NCBI GenBank assembly: GCA_943348815.1
Contig: CALQYT010000005.1
Location: 5,167-69,166 of the forward strand
Length of the DNA: 64,000 nt
DNA from: Candidatus Nomurabacteria bacterium
GTDB lineage: Bacteria; Patescibacteriota; Minisyncoccia; Phycocordibacterales; SBAW01
Direction: 5' to 3'
Within the stretch, counting starts at the first letter, position 1. The number at the start of each line of letters is the position of its first letter. Under the pieces are notes generated by a model. The model made no database searches. It was not told where the DNA came from and saw only the letters and a list, made by a program, of their open reading frames with translations. Of the stretch, positions 9,063 through 18,546 are shown piece by piece. A program made the translations under genes and the position numbers.

Positions 9063-10358
9063 TCAGTCCGCGCGCAGATGGCTCAATAATTCAGACAAAG
9101 TTTTGTGCGCTGCCGTTCCTGACGCGCGCTCGACACATTCGTATCTACCCGCTTCGAGCGACTTTTGCGACACGATCACGCGCAGCGGTATGCCCAGCAA
9201 GTCGCTGTCGGCAAATTTTTCGCCCGCACGCACATCGCGGTCGTCCCACAGCACCTCAACTCCCGCTTCGGTCAACTCGCGGTACAACTCTTGTGCGTCT
9301 TTTTGCACCTCTTCATTCCCCGCCGAAAGGTCAACCAAGTGCACACGGAAGGGCGCGAGTGCTTCGGGCCAGACAATGCCTTTGTCGTCGGCAAAAACCT
9401 CCACCGCCGTACCTATTAATCGATCTATCCCAATACCATACGATCCCATAATCACCGGTTGGTTGGCGCCCGCCTCGTCTTTAAACGTCAATCCGAGCGG
9501 CTCGGAATAAAAAGTACCGAGTTTATAGATATTACCTACCTCAACTGCTTTTTCTTCGCGAAGGTCCTCTTTTCGCAGACCAAGTTCAGAAAGAGTCTCA
9601 TCACTGTATACCTCTTTGTTTACTGCCAGCTTACGGCCCTCATGTATATAAATAGTATCTTCTCCCGCGCTGGTGAGCGTCTGAAACTCGTGGCTGAATT
9701 TGGTTCCAAAGCTACCCCCGCTAGCCAACGTGAGGTAGGTTTTGTCGCCCAACCCCACACGATTAAACACCGCGCGATATGCCTCGATTGCCGCTTCGTA
9801 AAAAGTATCAAGCTCTTTCTGATTTTTAGAAAACGAATACAAATCTTTCATTGTAAATTGTCGCAATCGAAAGATGCCGCTTTTCGCACGTAACTCATTA
9901 CGAAACTTAAGTTGAAATTGATATGCGGCGGTCGGCAAATCGCGATATGAGCTGACATAGCCTTTCATCAACTGTGTAATCGCTGGCTCATGAGTATAAG
10001 CGAGGCCTAATTCGGTATCGTTCTTGAGTTTAGTTTTAAACCAGTTATCAACTACCGCATCATCCCATCTGCCAGTTTTTTCCCAAACTTCTTTGTCTTG
10101 TAGAGCGGTCATGACCATTTCTTGTCCCCCGATCTTGTTCATCTCTTCCCGCACGATCTGCTCAACTTTTTTGAAAACACGCAACCCGAGCGGCAAATAG
10201 GAGTAGACTCCTGCCATTTCTTTGTGGATGTAGCCGCCGCGCACGAGCAGTTGAGCATTCTTAGAAACCTCATCTGACGGTGCCTCGCGGCGCGTTTTAG
10301 TAAAGAGTTGTGACTGGCGCATGCAAGCCATTGTACGCTTGAAATACCAAGCAGGCAA
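9063..10358 (-). CDS. proS: Prolyl-tRNA synthetase (short form without INS editing domain)
   Basis: Class II motifs FRLRQFTMKDLYSF (motif 2 region) and GSYGIGIDRLIG (motif 3). N-terminus MRQSQLFTKTRREAP. The true start may be the internal Met at 10322 or 10331. Confidence 0.8.
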   Translation of the reverse strand: MPAWYFKRTMACMRQSQLFTKTRREAPSDEVSKNAQLLVRGGYIHKEMAGVYSYLPLGLRVFKKVEQIVREEMNKIGGQEMVMTALQDKEVWEKTGRWDDAVVDNWFKTKLKNDTELGLAYTHEPAITQLMKGYVSSYRDLPTAAYQFQLKFRNELRAKSGIFRLRQFTMKDLYSFSKNQKELDTFYEAAIEAYRAVFNRVGLGDKTYLTLASGGSFGTKFSHEFQTLTSAGEDTIYIHEGRKLAVNKEVYSDETLSELGLRKEDLREEKAVEVGNIYKLGTFYSEPLGLTFKDEAGANQPVIMGSYGIGIDRLIGTAVEVFADDKGIVWPEALAPFRVHLVDLSAGNEEVQKDAQELYRELTEAGVEVLWDDRDVRAGEKFADSDLLGIPLRVIVSQKSLEAGRYECVERASGTAAHKTLSELLSHLRAD

Positions 10359-10383
10359 AAGGGTTTTAGCCTATTCAGATTTC

Positions 10384-10412
10384 TTGACTTTTGATGTTTA
10401 GTATGCTACACT
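10384..10412 (+). promoter_or_regulatory. Near-consensus sigma70 promoter TTGACT-17-TACACT for ORF 10495
   Basis: TTGACT at 10384-10389, 17-nt spacer, TACACT at 10407-10412. A GGGGGAAAG RBS lies immediately upstream of the ATG at 10495. Confidence 0.5.
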
Positions 10413-10494
10413 TGTCACAGCTCTGTACCGGGCTAAAAGTGCCTAAACCCGCCCCGTAAGGGGCTTTTCGAACTTTCCTGAAAGGGGGAAAGAC

Positions 10495-11601
10495 ATGACT
10501 GCATTAGCAGCGGCCTTAGGGGCCGCCGGACTGACTGGAACGACGGACACCAAAATCCCCGACGCTCCGAAAGACGGCCGCCGGTTCGGCGTCCGTAAAG
10601 GTTTGAGCGGCGGCAGGAAAAGCCGTTGGGGCAGATCTGATCGTCCAAACATGATCGAATGGACGCACGACGAGATCGGCTCCATCAAGATCGAGCTGAT
10701 CAAGTTCACGCTCGGTAGCGTGATCCACCACGAAGGGCCCAACACCTGGAGCCGGATCAACTTCGGCAACCTGGAAAAGCCCAAGCACGTTAAACTCGAT
10801 TTCTCGTACGACCTCAAAGGCGACGTCGAGTTGATCTGGGCCTGCGGCGACAAGGTGATGGACACCCGCGAGGGTAATCCGCCACAGTTCGTCGTACCCA
10901 TCACCTGGAAGCCGGGCCGCAAGACGGGCGATCCGGATATGCCCGAGGTGTCGCACGGCAACAATGAAGACTTCCAGCTCTATGCGTTCAACACCAAGAC
11001 TGGCTTCTGCGTCCACCTCGACATCAGCGCGGTCTCGCGTCATGGCGAGTTCTGGTTGACCGTGCAGGAAGTCACCGGCGCGCGTCTTGCATGGCATAAT
11101 CCCGACCTCACCATCGAGGAGTTGACCTCGGTCGTCGTCGACGACAAGGCCTACACGCTGGTTCCGGTCTACAGCGAAAATTGCTATCCGGGTTTCGATC
11201 CGGTGGCAAGTTGGCAGCGCAGCTACCCCGGCCGCATCGAACAAATCCTTAACTATGCGGTCACGTGGAACGCCGCCGTCCCCGTGGAAGAATGCGAAAT
11301 CGCCACGTGGAAGCCTGAGTGGCCGGCCCAGGTGCCGGACGATCTTGCGTCGAAGGGCTACCACAAGGCGGTTGTCCTTTGGTACAACCTGACGATTGGT
11401 CAAGGTCGCCTCCAGCTCGAGAGCGGCGAGGTGTGCTTCGTCCACTTCAAAGCCGTCCAGGACCAAAACGGTAATTTCCTGGCGCAGCAGGGCGAATTCC
11501 CTGTTCTTCTGCCGGCCACGGGCGTTTACGTCAAGTACATGCTCAAGCCGGACAGGGACCAGGAAATGAAGCCGGCTGCCACGGTGGCACGGGTAGCCTA
11601 G
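10495..11601 (+). CDS. Hypothetical protein (368 aa), GC3-rich cassette between proS and valS
   Basis: Long ORF with a strong RBS and a promoter. No recognisable catalytic motif. N-terminal 50 aa are low-complexity Gly/Arg-rich. Intrinsic terminator 11635-11668. The antisense ORF 10516-11466 is a composition artefact. Confidence 0.5.
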   Translation: MTALAAALGAAGLTGTTDTKIPDAPKDGRRFGVRKGLSGGRKSRWGRSDRPNMIEWTHDEIGSIKIELIKFTLGSVIHHEGPNTWSRINFGNLEKPKHVKLDFSYDLKGDVELIWACGDKVMDTREGNPPQFVVPITWKPGRKTGDPDMPEVSHGNNEDFQLYAFNTKTGFCVHLDISAVSRHGEFWLTVQEVTGARLAWHNPDLTIEELTSVVVDDKAYTLVPVYSENCYPGFDPVASWQRSYPGRIEQILNYAVTWNAAVPVEECEIATWKPEWPAQVPDDLASKGYHKAVVLWYNLTIGQGRLQLESGEVCFVHFKAVQDQNGNFLAQQGEFPVLLPATGVYVKYMLKPDRDQEMKPAATVARVA

Positions 11602-11634
11602 GCGGTCAGAAGAACCGCACTTCAGTTCAACTTC

Positions 11635-11668
11635 GGGGCGACATCTAACAAGGTGTCGCCCTTTTTTA
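11635..11668. terminator. Rho-independent terminator (GGGGCGACA...TGTCGCCC-TTTTTT), bidirectional position
   Basis: Perfect 8-bp stem followed by a T6 tract. Lies between convergent ORF 10495-11601 and valS. Confidence 0.6.
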
Positions 11669-13897
11669 TTATCTAGTACGGGAAAGATTTAGGAGAGTCG
11701 CTGCCAAAGGACGCTCAGGTTTATACAAACTCCCAAAAGCTTCTTCAGTCATAAAGGGCATAAACGGATGTAAAAGTAGTAAGTATTTTTTAAATACTTG
11801 ATCAAAAACGCCGAGCGCGTGCGCATCATCCTCACGTAAAAAGATTTTTTGTACGTATTGCTCTAACTTTGAAAGAAACAGTGTTGCTTTTTCTTGAGCT
11901 TGCGCTACAAAGTAGCGCTCTATATCCCCACCCACCGTTCGGACAAGCGCTTCGGCATCGGCTACTAGTCGCAAATCTTCTGCGGAGTTTTGCTCAGGAC
12001 GTGGTGGAAGGACTTTATACGTGTGTACAATCTCACTCACTCTCCCCATGGTCCATAAACGAGAAGAAAACTTTTTAAATAACTCGAGTCGTTCGTCCGC
12101 AAAATAAAAATCTTCTTGCGTAGCGGTATACGAAACAAGCGCCATGCGCGTCACATCTGCACCATACTTGTTTAAATAATCATCGAGCGTAACTGCGTTG
12201 CCCAAACTTTTGGACATTTTTTGACCATCTTTACTTTTGAGCAAAGAATGAAAATACACTCGCTTAAACGGCAACTGGCCGGTTAAATAGCGACCCAAGA
12301 TTATTTCCCGCGAAATACAGAGGCGCAAAAGATCATGCCCAATGACAACCGCGTCGCTCGGGTAAAAATAGGACTTGTCAGAAAAAGCTTCCGAGTCAAA
12401 CACCATCGCGCCCCAAACACCGGAGGAAAACCACGTATCAAACGTATCGGTCTCGGGAAGATAACTTTTGCCGCCCTCGGGTGTGAGCGTCCATGGAGAA
12501 CCCTCAGCGGCGTACACGCGTTCAAGACCATTTACTATTTCATCCAAAGAGATTCCCTCTTCAAACAAAGTTTGCAAGTTGCCGGAGCGTCTCGAGCCGT
12601 TGGTATCCAAAAACCATACCGTAAACAAGGTCGGGTCCGTGATTTCATACCACAAAGGAATCTTAATCCCCCACACGTTTTGCCGGGCAATAGGCCAGTC
12701 GTGCATCTTTTGTGTCCATTCCGTAAGACCTTTCTCCCGCCAATGAGGTTGGATTATGAGCTCCTTTTTTTGTAACGCTTCAAGTGCCGGCTTACGTAAC
12801 GGCGCCCTTTCATCGTCAAACTTCAAAAACCAGGTCATGCGGATGATCGGCTGTATTGCGTGACCCTTTTTACACAAAAACGTCGGCTCAATATAGGACG
12901 AGTCGACGCTCTCAACCGCATCTTTTGCTTGCAAGAAGTCCAATTCTTTTTTACGCGCCTCCTCAGGCTTGAGGCCCGGATAACCCTCAACCAATGCTCC
13001 TCCCCAATCAAAAAGATCCTGTACGGGGAGTTTATGGCGCAGCGCATACTCAAAATCGTACCGTTTGCTGGAGGGAGAAAAGACCGGTAAAAATGGTTCG
13101 GGGTTCTTAGGGTCAAACTTCCGTTTGCTTGCAATAACCTGCACCTCCTCTCCGGTTATTGGGTTTGTAAGTACCGAACCGATGTGATGGGCAAATCGCG
13201 TGTCTTGGGGATGCACCAAAACATGGGTGGTGGCAAATATGAATTCGGGTCGAGTGGTCGCCAGCGACAAATAGTCATCGCCATCTTTCAAAGGAAACTT
13301 TATGAAATAAAGAGGCGACGCGGTTTCTACTTCTTTTAATTCAACATCGGCCAACACGGTAGCGCAGGAGGTACAGTAATTGACCATGTTCGAACTACGA
13401 TAAATCAAGTCGTCCCCCACCATCTTTTCAAACATCTTCTGTACAAACGCCAACGAACTCTCATCGAGCGTAAAACGAAAACGCGACCAGTCGACACTGG
13501 CGCCCATCGATTTTATTTGACCAACAATCGTTTTATTATTTTTTTCTACAAAAGCACTAATTGCTTTGTATAACTCTCTATGGTCGAGGTCGCTCTTGTC
13601 TTGGCCTTTCTTTTCTAATTCCTGCTCAAAAGTAACCTGCGTCTCATACCCCCCATGATCGGTACTAGGGATCCACAGCGTAGGCTCCCCTTTAGCGCGG
13701 TGGTGTCGCACCAGAATATCTTGGATCGCAATCATAAGCGCATTACCCACATGCAAAGGGCCGCTCGCATTCGGAGGTATCAAGTACGCCGAGTATCGTT
13801 TCCGAGAGTGATCTACACGAGGGCTAAAATAGTTCTCCTTCTCCCACAACCGACTCACTCTCGGCTCTACCTTTTTAAAGTCATAAGCCTCTTCCAT
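11669..13897 (-). CDS. valS: Valyl-tRNA synthetase (compact, no C-terminal coiled coil)
   Basis: PPNASGPLHVGNAL (HIGH-region, variant HVGN). TDHGGYETQ resembles the ValRS GTDHAGIATQ segment. KMSKSLGN present. Start at the internal Met MEEAYDF (ATG 13895-13897). Confidence 0.7.
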   Translation of the reverse strand: MEEAYDFKKVEPRVSRLWEKENYFSPRVDHSRKRYSAYLIPPNASGPLHVGNALMIAIQDILVRHHRAKGEPTLWIPSTDHGGYETQVTFEQELEKKGQDKSDLDHRELYKAISAFVEKNNKTIVGQIKSMGASVDWSRFRFTLDESSLAFVQKMFEKMVGDDLIYRSSNMVNYCTSCATVLADVELKEVETASPLYFIKFPLKDGDDYLSLATTRPEFIFATTHVLVHPQDTRFAHHIGSVLTNPITGEEVQVIASKRKFDPKNPEPFLPVFSPSSKRYDFEYALRHKLPVQDLFDWGGALVEGYPGLKPEEARKKELDFLQAKDAVESVDSSYIEPTFLCKKGHAIQPIIRMTWFLKFDDERAPLRKPALEALQKKELIIQPHWREKGLTEWTQKMHDWPIARQNVWGIKIPLWYEITDPTLFTVWFLDTNGSRRSGNLQTLFEEGISLDEIVNGLERVYAAEGSPWTLTPEGGKSYLPETDTFDTWFSSGVWGAMVFDSEAFSDKSYFYPSDAVVIGHDLLRLCISREIILGRYLTGQLPFKRVYFHSLLKSKDGQKMSKSLGNAVTLDDYLNKYGADVTRMALVSYTATQEDFYFADERLELFKKFSSRLWTMGRVSEIVHTYKVLPPRPEQNSAEDLRLVADAEALVRTVGGDIERYFVAQAQEKATLFLSKLEQYVQKIFLREDDAHALGVFDQVFKKYLLLLHPFMPFMTEEAFGSLYKPERPLAATLLNLSRTR

Positions 13898-13928
13898 TGT
13901 TATAAAACTACCACGACTAATGACATCC

Positions 13929-15029
13929 CTACCCAACGAGTCTTGCAATATCGTGATACGTTACCGCAATCATGAGTGCCACCACCAGCGCAAAGCCGGC
14001 GAGGGTTAAATAATTTACAAACTGTACCGGCACGGGGCGGCGGATGATGCCCTCGATAATAATTATTAAGAGTCGCCCGCCATCAAGCCCGGGGATTGGC
14101 AGGAGGTTAATAAGTGCGAGGTTGATGGAGATAAGTGCGAGTACCACTGCCGCTGCCGAAAATCCTTGTCGCACTGCACCCGCACCAACCCCCGCAATAC
14201 CGATGGGTCCGGCAACCGTGTTCCAATTAGCAACCCCTTGCACGACCGAGCCCAAAAATCCTCCTAAGCCCTGGGCAGTGCGGATCGTCATGTCTTTGGC
14301 CTCTATCGCACCTTGCGCAAGCGCCAAGTGGAGCGGCAGTCGCAACATACCGATGTCTTCCATCTGAATACCCACCGCTTTTTTGCCCTCGACTATCCCC
14401 TCCTCGGCACGCAGCACAAAATTTTGCTCTTTATGTTCTCTGGTGACCGTAAACACCAAACTTTCGTCCTGATGGTCGCTGATAAATTTGGTTACTACCG
14501 CCGACTGCTGGTTGGTGTTGAGCGTGCGCGCGTCGAGCACCACCTTGGCGGTCTGGATTGTCTCTATCGTGTCACCCGGCTGTAGCCCCACCTTTTGCGC
14601 CGGCGAGTTGGGCAATACCGCAACCACGACCGGATGCGGTGCGGTTACGGTGCCAAAGGTTTCTTGCCCGACAGCTGCTTGGACACCCACCAGGTATGCA
14701 CCCGAAAGCGCGAGCCAGCCGACGACCAAGTTCATCGCCACACCCGCGACAATGACTAGCGCTTGTATAAAACGATTTTTGCTCGCCAAACTGCGCGGGT
14801 CGCCCTTGCCCTCCTGACTATCCTCGCCATAAATACTCACGTAGCCACCTACGAGTAAAAGAGAAAAAGAGTAGCGGGTCTCACCCCACTGCATACTAAA
14901 GAGCCGCGGCGGAAAACCGATATTAAACTCGCTGACGCGGATTTTAAACGCTTTGGCCGCAAACAAGTGGCCAAGCTCGTGGACCCAAATGAGCGCAATC
15001 AGCAGCGCGATAAAAATAACGAAGGACAT
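13929..15029 (-). CDS. rseP: Site-2 protease RseP-like zinc metalloprotease (M50) with PDZ domain
   Basis: HELGH zinc motif near the N-terminus, PDZ-like segment, and a C-terminal LDGG motif. Confidence 0.85.
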   Translation of the reverse strand: MSFVIFIALLIALIWVHELGHLFAAKAFKIRVSEFNIGFPPRLFSMQWGETRYSFSLLLVGGYVSIYGEDSQEGKGDPRSLASKNRFIQALVIVAGVAMNLVVGWLALSGAYLVGVQAAVGQETFGTVTAPHPVVVAVLPNSPAQKVGLQPGDTIETIQTAKVVLDARTLNTNQQSAVVTKFISDHQDESLVFTVTREHKEQNFVLRAEEGIVEGKKAVGIQMEDIGMLRLPLHLALAQGAIEAKDMTIRTAQGLGGFLGSVVQGVANWNTVAGPIGIAGVGAGAVRQGFSAAAVVLALISINLALINLLPIPGLDGGRLLIIIIEGIIRRPVPVQFVNYLTLAGFALVVALMIAVTYHDIARLVG

Positions 15030-15580
15030 TATTGGGTTATCTCCTTTTCTTTGCGCTCGAGCATGGCGTCGAAGTTTTTGTTTACCGCGTCGACGCGCTT
15101 TTGCATCTCGTCTTTGGCGCGAAATTTGTCGTCCTCACCCATTTTTTTATCTTTTTCTTGTTTTTGAATGTCGCTCCACACCTCGTCGCGCGCCACGCGC
15201 AAGCCCGCGCGGACTTCCTCTACCTTTTCTTTCGCCAGTTTGGCAAGGGCCTGGCGGCGCTCGCTCGTAAGCTCGGGGAAAGAAACGCGCACTCCCCGTT
15301 CGTCGGCGCCTACCGCCACACCCAGGTTGGCGAGCGTGATAGCCTTCTCAATCTCTTTAGCTTGCGCCGCATCCCACGGCACGATGCGTATGGTGCGCGC
15401 ATCTTCGACCGAAATATTGGCTACCTGCGAGATAGGCATGCGGGTGCCGTAGCTCTCTACCTGCACGCCGTCCAAAATAGCCGGCGCCGCGCGGCCGGTG
15501 CGTATACCCGACAACTCTCTGCCTCCGCGCTCCTCAATTTCTTTAAGCTTTTTATCAAACGGTTTAAAATCGTAGGCCAT
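15029..15580 (-). CDS. frr: Ribosome recycling factor
   Basis: 183 aa, typical RRF sequence (LDGVQVESYGTRMPISQVANISVEDARTIRIVPWD...). Confidence 0.9.
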   Translation of the reverse strand: MAYDFKPFDKKLKEIEERGGRELSGIRTGRAAPAILDGVQVESYGTRMPISQVANISVEDARTIRIVPWDAAQAKEIEKAITLANLGVAVGADERGVRVSFPELTSERRQALAKLAKEKVEEVRAGLRVARDEVWSDIQKQEKDKKMGEDDKFRAKDEMQKRVDAVNKNFDAMLERKEKEITQ

Positions 15581-15867
15581 GTTTGCATTGTATCAAATCC
15601 GGATGCAATAAGCCCCCAACCAGTAGATGGCGGGGGCAGGGTGGGTGCAGGAGTGATTGGTTCGCCTTGCTAGGTCGTAGCATGCCTCTTCCCCATTTGT
15701 GCTGGTGGCCCGGTCCGAGAACCGCCCTGTGTGCCTCTGGCTCCTTCGGGCCGAGGACACACACTGCCAGCCAACACAGAGGTTCGGCGTCGTGCACCAA
15801 CGCCGACGAACGCAAACCAGCTCCTGCACCCGCCGCAACTATACTCCCCTTTTTCAAAACAACAACC

Positions 15868-16530
15868 CTATACTCTGAAGCGTTTAGCCGCCGACGGATA
15901 GATTTTTATGAGCGGGTCTTTAGTGGTGTCGTACACGCGCGCGGGGGCCAGGTAGCGGCCGTAGTGGATGACTCGGTGCGTAAAATGCCCCCATTCTTTT
16001 TTGGGCAAGAGCTCCATCAAATCTTTTTCTATTTTTACGGGGTTCAGATGATCCGAGAGATCAAACCGACGCACAAATCGTATGACGTGTGTATCAACGG
16101 TGACTCCTGCCACTACCCCGTGCGCTTCTTTAAGCACCACCGTCGCCGTTTTGCGTGCCACGCCCGGCAAGCGGAGCATCTCTTCTATCGTGTTTGGCAC
16201 CTTGCCCCCAAACTCTTTTTTGAGCATCTTAGCCGCAGCCAAAATGTTTTTAGTTTTAGCGCGATAAAAACCGGATGATTTTATATCTTGCTCAAACTCC
16301 CGTGGCTTAGCCCGCACGTAGGCACTGAGATTTTTATATTTCTTAAATAATCTTTCGGTGATCTTGTTTACCATCTTGTCGGTGCACTGTGCCGACAGCT
16401 GCACCGCCACCAAAAGTTCGAGCGGGGTTTTATACTTAAGCTCAATTTCTGCGTTTGGGAAAAGTTTTTTAAGCGCGCGGTCGAGCTTTTGTATCCGCTC
16501 GCGGCGGATTTTTAATTGCTGGGGAGACAT
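15868..16530 (-). CDS. nth: Endonuclease III-like HhH-GPD DNA glycosylase (lacks the C-terminal 4Cys Fe-S cluster loop)
   Basis: LLVAVQLSAQCTDKMVN and the HhH-GPD motif LPGVARKTATVVL. No C-X6-C-X2-C-X5-C cluster in the C-terminus. Confidence 0.75.
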   Translation of the reverse strand: MSPQQLKIRRERIQKLDRALKKLFPNAEIELKYKTPLELLVAVQLSAQCTDKMVNKITERLFKKYKNLSAYVRAKPREFEQDIKSSGFYRAKTKNILAAAKMLKKEFGGKVPNTIEEMLRLPGVARKTATVVLKEAHGVVAGVTVDTHVIRFVRRFDLSDHLNPVKIEKDLMELLPKKEWGHFTHRVIHYGRYLAPARVYDTTKDPLIKIYPSAAKRFRV

Positions 16531-17189
16531 AGGGCGAGATGTTCGAGCAACATTTTGATGCTAGGGCTGCGGTCGCGCAGATAGTCGCGGACCATCGCTA
16601 TATCTTCTAACCCCTGTCGCACCTGCGCGTTGGCAAGGTCCGACCTTGCCACCAGGGATTCGAGCGCGTCGACAAACTCCCGGACGCGCTCTTTGGTATC
16701 ATCCTCATTTTTGAGCATTGTGGCGATCATATCGCTGCGCTCTTTTGGCGAAGCACGGAGAAACGAAGCAGCAAGTTGTTGGGCAAAAGTCTGGCCCGCT
16801 CCGGCCCTGCCGGAAAACGGGAGACCCGAGAACTTTTGACTGGCAACTTGCTGCGAAGAATACGCGAGCATGCGCGAGCGCACCGTAGGCAGTAATATTC
16901 CGTGCGGCACTAAAAACACAAACGTAGTCCCCTGCTGCGGCTCTTCTAACAATTTGAGTAATGCTTGTTGTGCCTCGGTCGTTATGGAGGACGCGCCGAC
17001 AAAAAACAAGGCTTCTTTAAAATTTTTTAATCCGGCAAGCGCGATCAACTCGCGCGCGTCATCGACCCCAAACCGCTCAAACTTTTGCGCCACAAAAGCC
17101 TGCCTGCCGGCGGGCAGAGGTTTGAGTTCGGCCTTATGCGCCTCAAACTGACTGAGTGCCCCCTCTATATAGTATGCGTGGTGAGTCAC
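16512..17189 (-). CDS. holB: DNA polymerase III delta-prime-like clamp-loader subunit (short)
   Basis: ALLKLLEEPQQGTTFVFL (box VI/VII) and VRSRM (SRC-type sensor). No Walker A. Confidence 0.55.
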   Translation of the reverse strand: MTHHAYYIEGALSQFEAHKAELKPLPAGRQAFVAQKFERFGVDDARELIALAGLKNFKEALFFVGASSITTEAQQALLKLLEEPQQGTTFVFLVPHGILLPTVRSRMLAYSSQQVASQKFSGLPFSGRAGAGQTFAQQLAASFLRASPKERSDMIATMLKNEDDTKERVREFVDALESLVARSDLANAQVRQGLEDIAMVRDYLRDRSPSIKMLLEHLALCLPSN

Positions 17190-17194
17190 GGATT

Positions 17195-18208
17195 TTACCG
17201 CTTGGCGATGATAGCTTTCTTGTAGGTATCAAGATGGTCGAGTGCGATGCCGCTCCCTTTGGCAACACAATACAGCGCATCTTCGGCAACCTGTGCTTTA
17301 ACACCCGTGCGACGCAGCACCAACTCGGCAAAATTGCGCAACAGTGCGGTGCCACCGGTCATCGTAATGCCCGTGTCGATAATATCGGCGGCTAACTCCG
17401 GCGGTGTTTCTTGCAGCACATCGCGGATCGCTTTAATAATCTCGCGCAGCTCTTTACCCATCGCTTTGACAATATCGTTGGTGCGCAGCTCGACCGAGCG
17501 CGGGAGCCCAGTAATAAAGTCGCGACCACGTACGGTCATCGTCAACTCTTCCTCAACCGGCACCGCCGAGCCAATGCCAATTTTTACATCCTCGGCAGTT
17601 TTATCGCCGATGGCTAGGTTGTAGGTTTTCTTTATATAGTCGGTGATAGCGCGATCAAGTTTGTCACCTGCACACTTAACCGAGATTGAGGCAACGATAC
17701 CACCGAGCGATATCACCGCCACGTCGGCCGTACCACCACCAATATCTACCACCATCCGCCCGCGCGCTTCTTGAATAGGAATACCCGCGCCTATGGCTGC
17801 GAGCACCGACTCTTTAACCACATAGGCATTTTTAGCGCCCGCGCGTATTGCAGCCTCAACCACCGCGCGACGCTCGGTTGAGGTTACCCCAGTTGGTACC
17901 GACACCATCACCTCGGGTTTAAATAGTTGCCAACGCCCAAGCGCTTTGTGGATAAAATAGCGCAGCATCGCTTGCGTGACGCGGTAGTCGGCAATCACGC
18001 CGTCTTTGAGCGGCCGATAGGCGACAATCTCGCCGGGTGTGCGACCGATCATTTCTTTGGCCTCGGCACCCACCGCTAAAATTCGTTTGTCGATTTCTGA
18101 GATAGCGACCACCGACGGTTCGTTGAGTACCACGCCGCGACCGGGCACAAACACCAGGGTGTTGGCCGTCCCCAGGTCGATCCCTAGTTTGGGAGAGAAG
18201 AATGACAT
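17195..18208 (-). CDS. Second MreB/Mbl-like actin homolog
   Basis: LGIDLGTANTLVF, MVVDIGGGTADVAV, MTGGTALL. Start taken at MSFFSPKLGIDLG (ATG 18206-18208). Confidence 0.8.
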   Translation of the reverse strand: MSFFSPKLGIDLGTANTLVFVPGRGVVLNEPSVVAISEIDKRILAVGAEAKEMIGRTPGEIVAYRPLKDGVIADYRVTQAMLRYFIHKALGRWQLFKPEVMVSVPTGVTSTERRAVVEAAIRAGAKNAYVVKESVLAAIGAGIPIQEARGRMVVDIGGGTADVAVISLGGIVASISVKCAGDKLDRAITDYIKKTYNLAIGDKTAEDVKIGIGSAVPVEEELTMTVRGRDFITGLPRSVELRTNDIVKAMGKELREIIKAIRDVLQETPPELAADIIDTGITMTGGTALLRNFAELVLRRTGVKAQVAEDALYCVAKGSGIALDHLDTYKKAIIAKR

Positions 18209-18284
18209 CGCAGGCCCATGATACTGGAGTTCCACTACCAAAACAAACGTGCTATAACAACGGCGGTAGGTGGGAGATAGCACC

Positions 18285-18452
18285 ATGAATCGCACCGAGA
18301 TGTGTCAACATTGCGGGCAAGAAGTGCCCGTTGGTGAAGGCTGCAACGAGTCGCAGGCCCGGGAATGTGTCAACATGTCCGGTCGTCGTTCGCGAGAGGA
18401 GCGAGACGCAACCACATTCGACGACCGCGAAGCTTTGGAAGAACACCGCTAA
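18285..18452 (+). CDS. Small Cys-rich (zinc-ribbon-like) protein, 55 aa, GC3-rich cassette
   Basis: RBS GGTGGGAGA. MNRTEMCQHCGQEVPVGEGCNESQAREC shows a CxxC...C...C arrangement. Terminator CGCCGCGC...GCGCGG-TTTTTATTTT at 18463-18493. Confidence 0.4.
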   Translation: MNRTEMCQHCGQEVPVGEGCNESQARECVNMSGRRSREERDATTFDDREALEEHR

Positions 18453-18546
18453 AGTCACTTTTCGCCGCGCATCTAAGGCGCGGTTTTTATTTTGAGAAAA
18501 CTTTTTATACTTGCGTGTGATAGTTTGATATATCAAACTATTTCCT

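Noticed and set aside
8013-9510. Several 135-211-aa plus-strand ORFs over mreB and proS
   Set aside because: Antisense to strongly supported genes. Ser/Thr/Pro-rich low-complexity translations.
10516-11466. 316-aa ORF on the minus strand opposite ORF 10495-11601
   Set aside because: It is antisense to an ORF that has a consensus promoter, RBS and terminator. Arg/Val/Gly-rich composition is typical of spurious ORFs in GC3-rich DNA.
15032-16278. Long plus-strand ORFs (213 aa and 231 aa) across frr, the spacer and nth
   Set aside because: Antisense to frr and nth. Cys/Trp/Arg-rich translation typical of non-coding frames.
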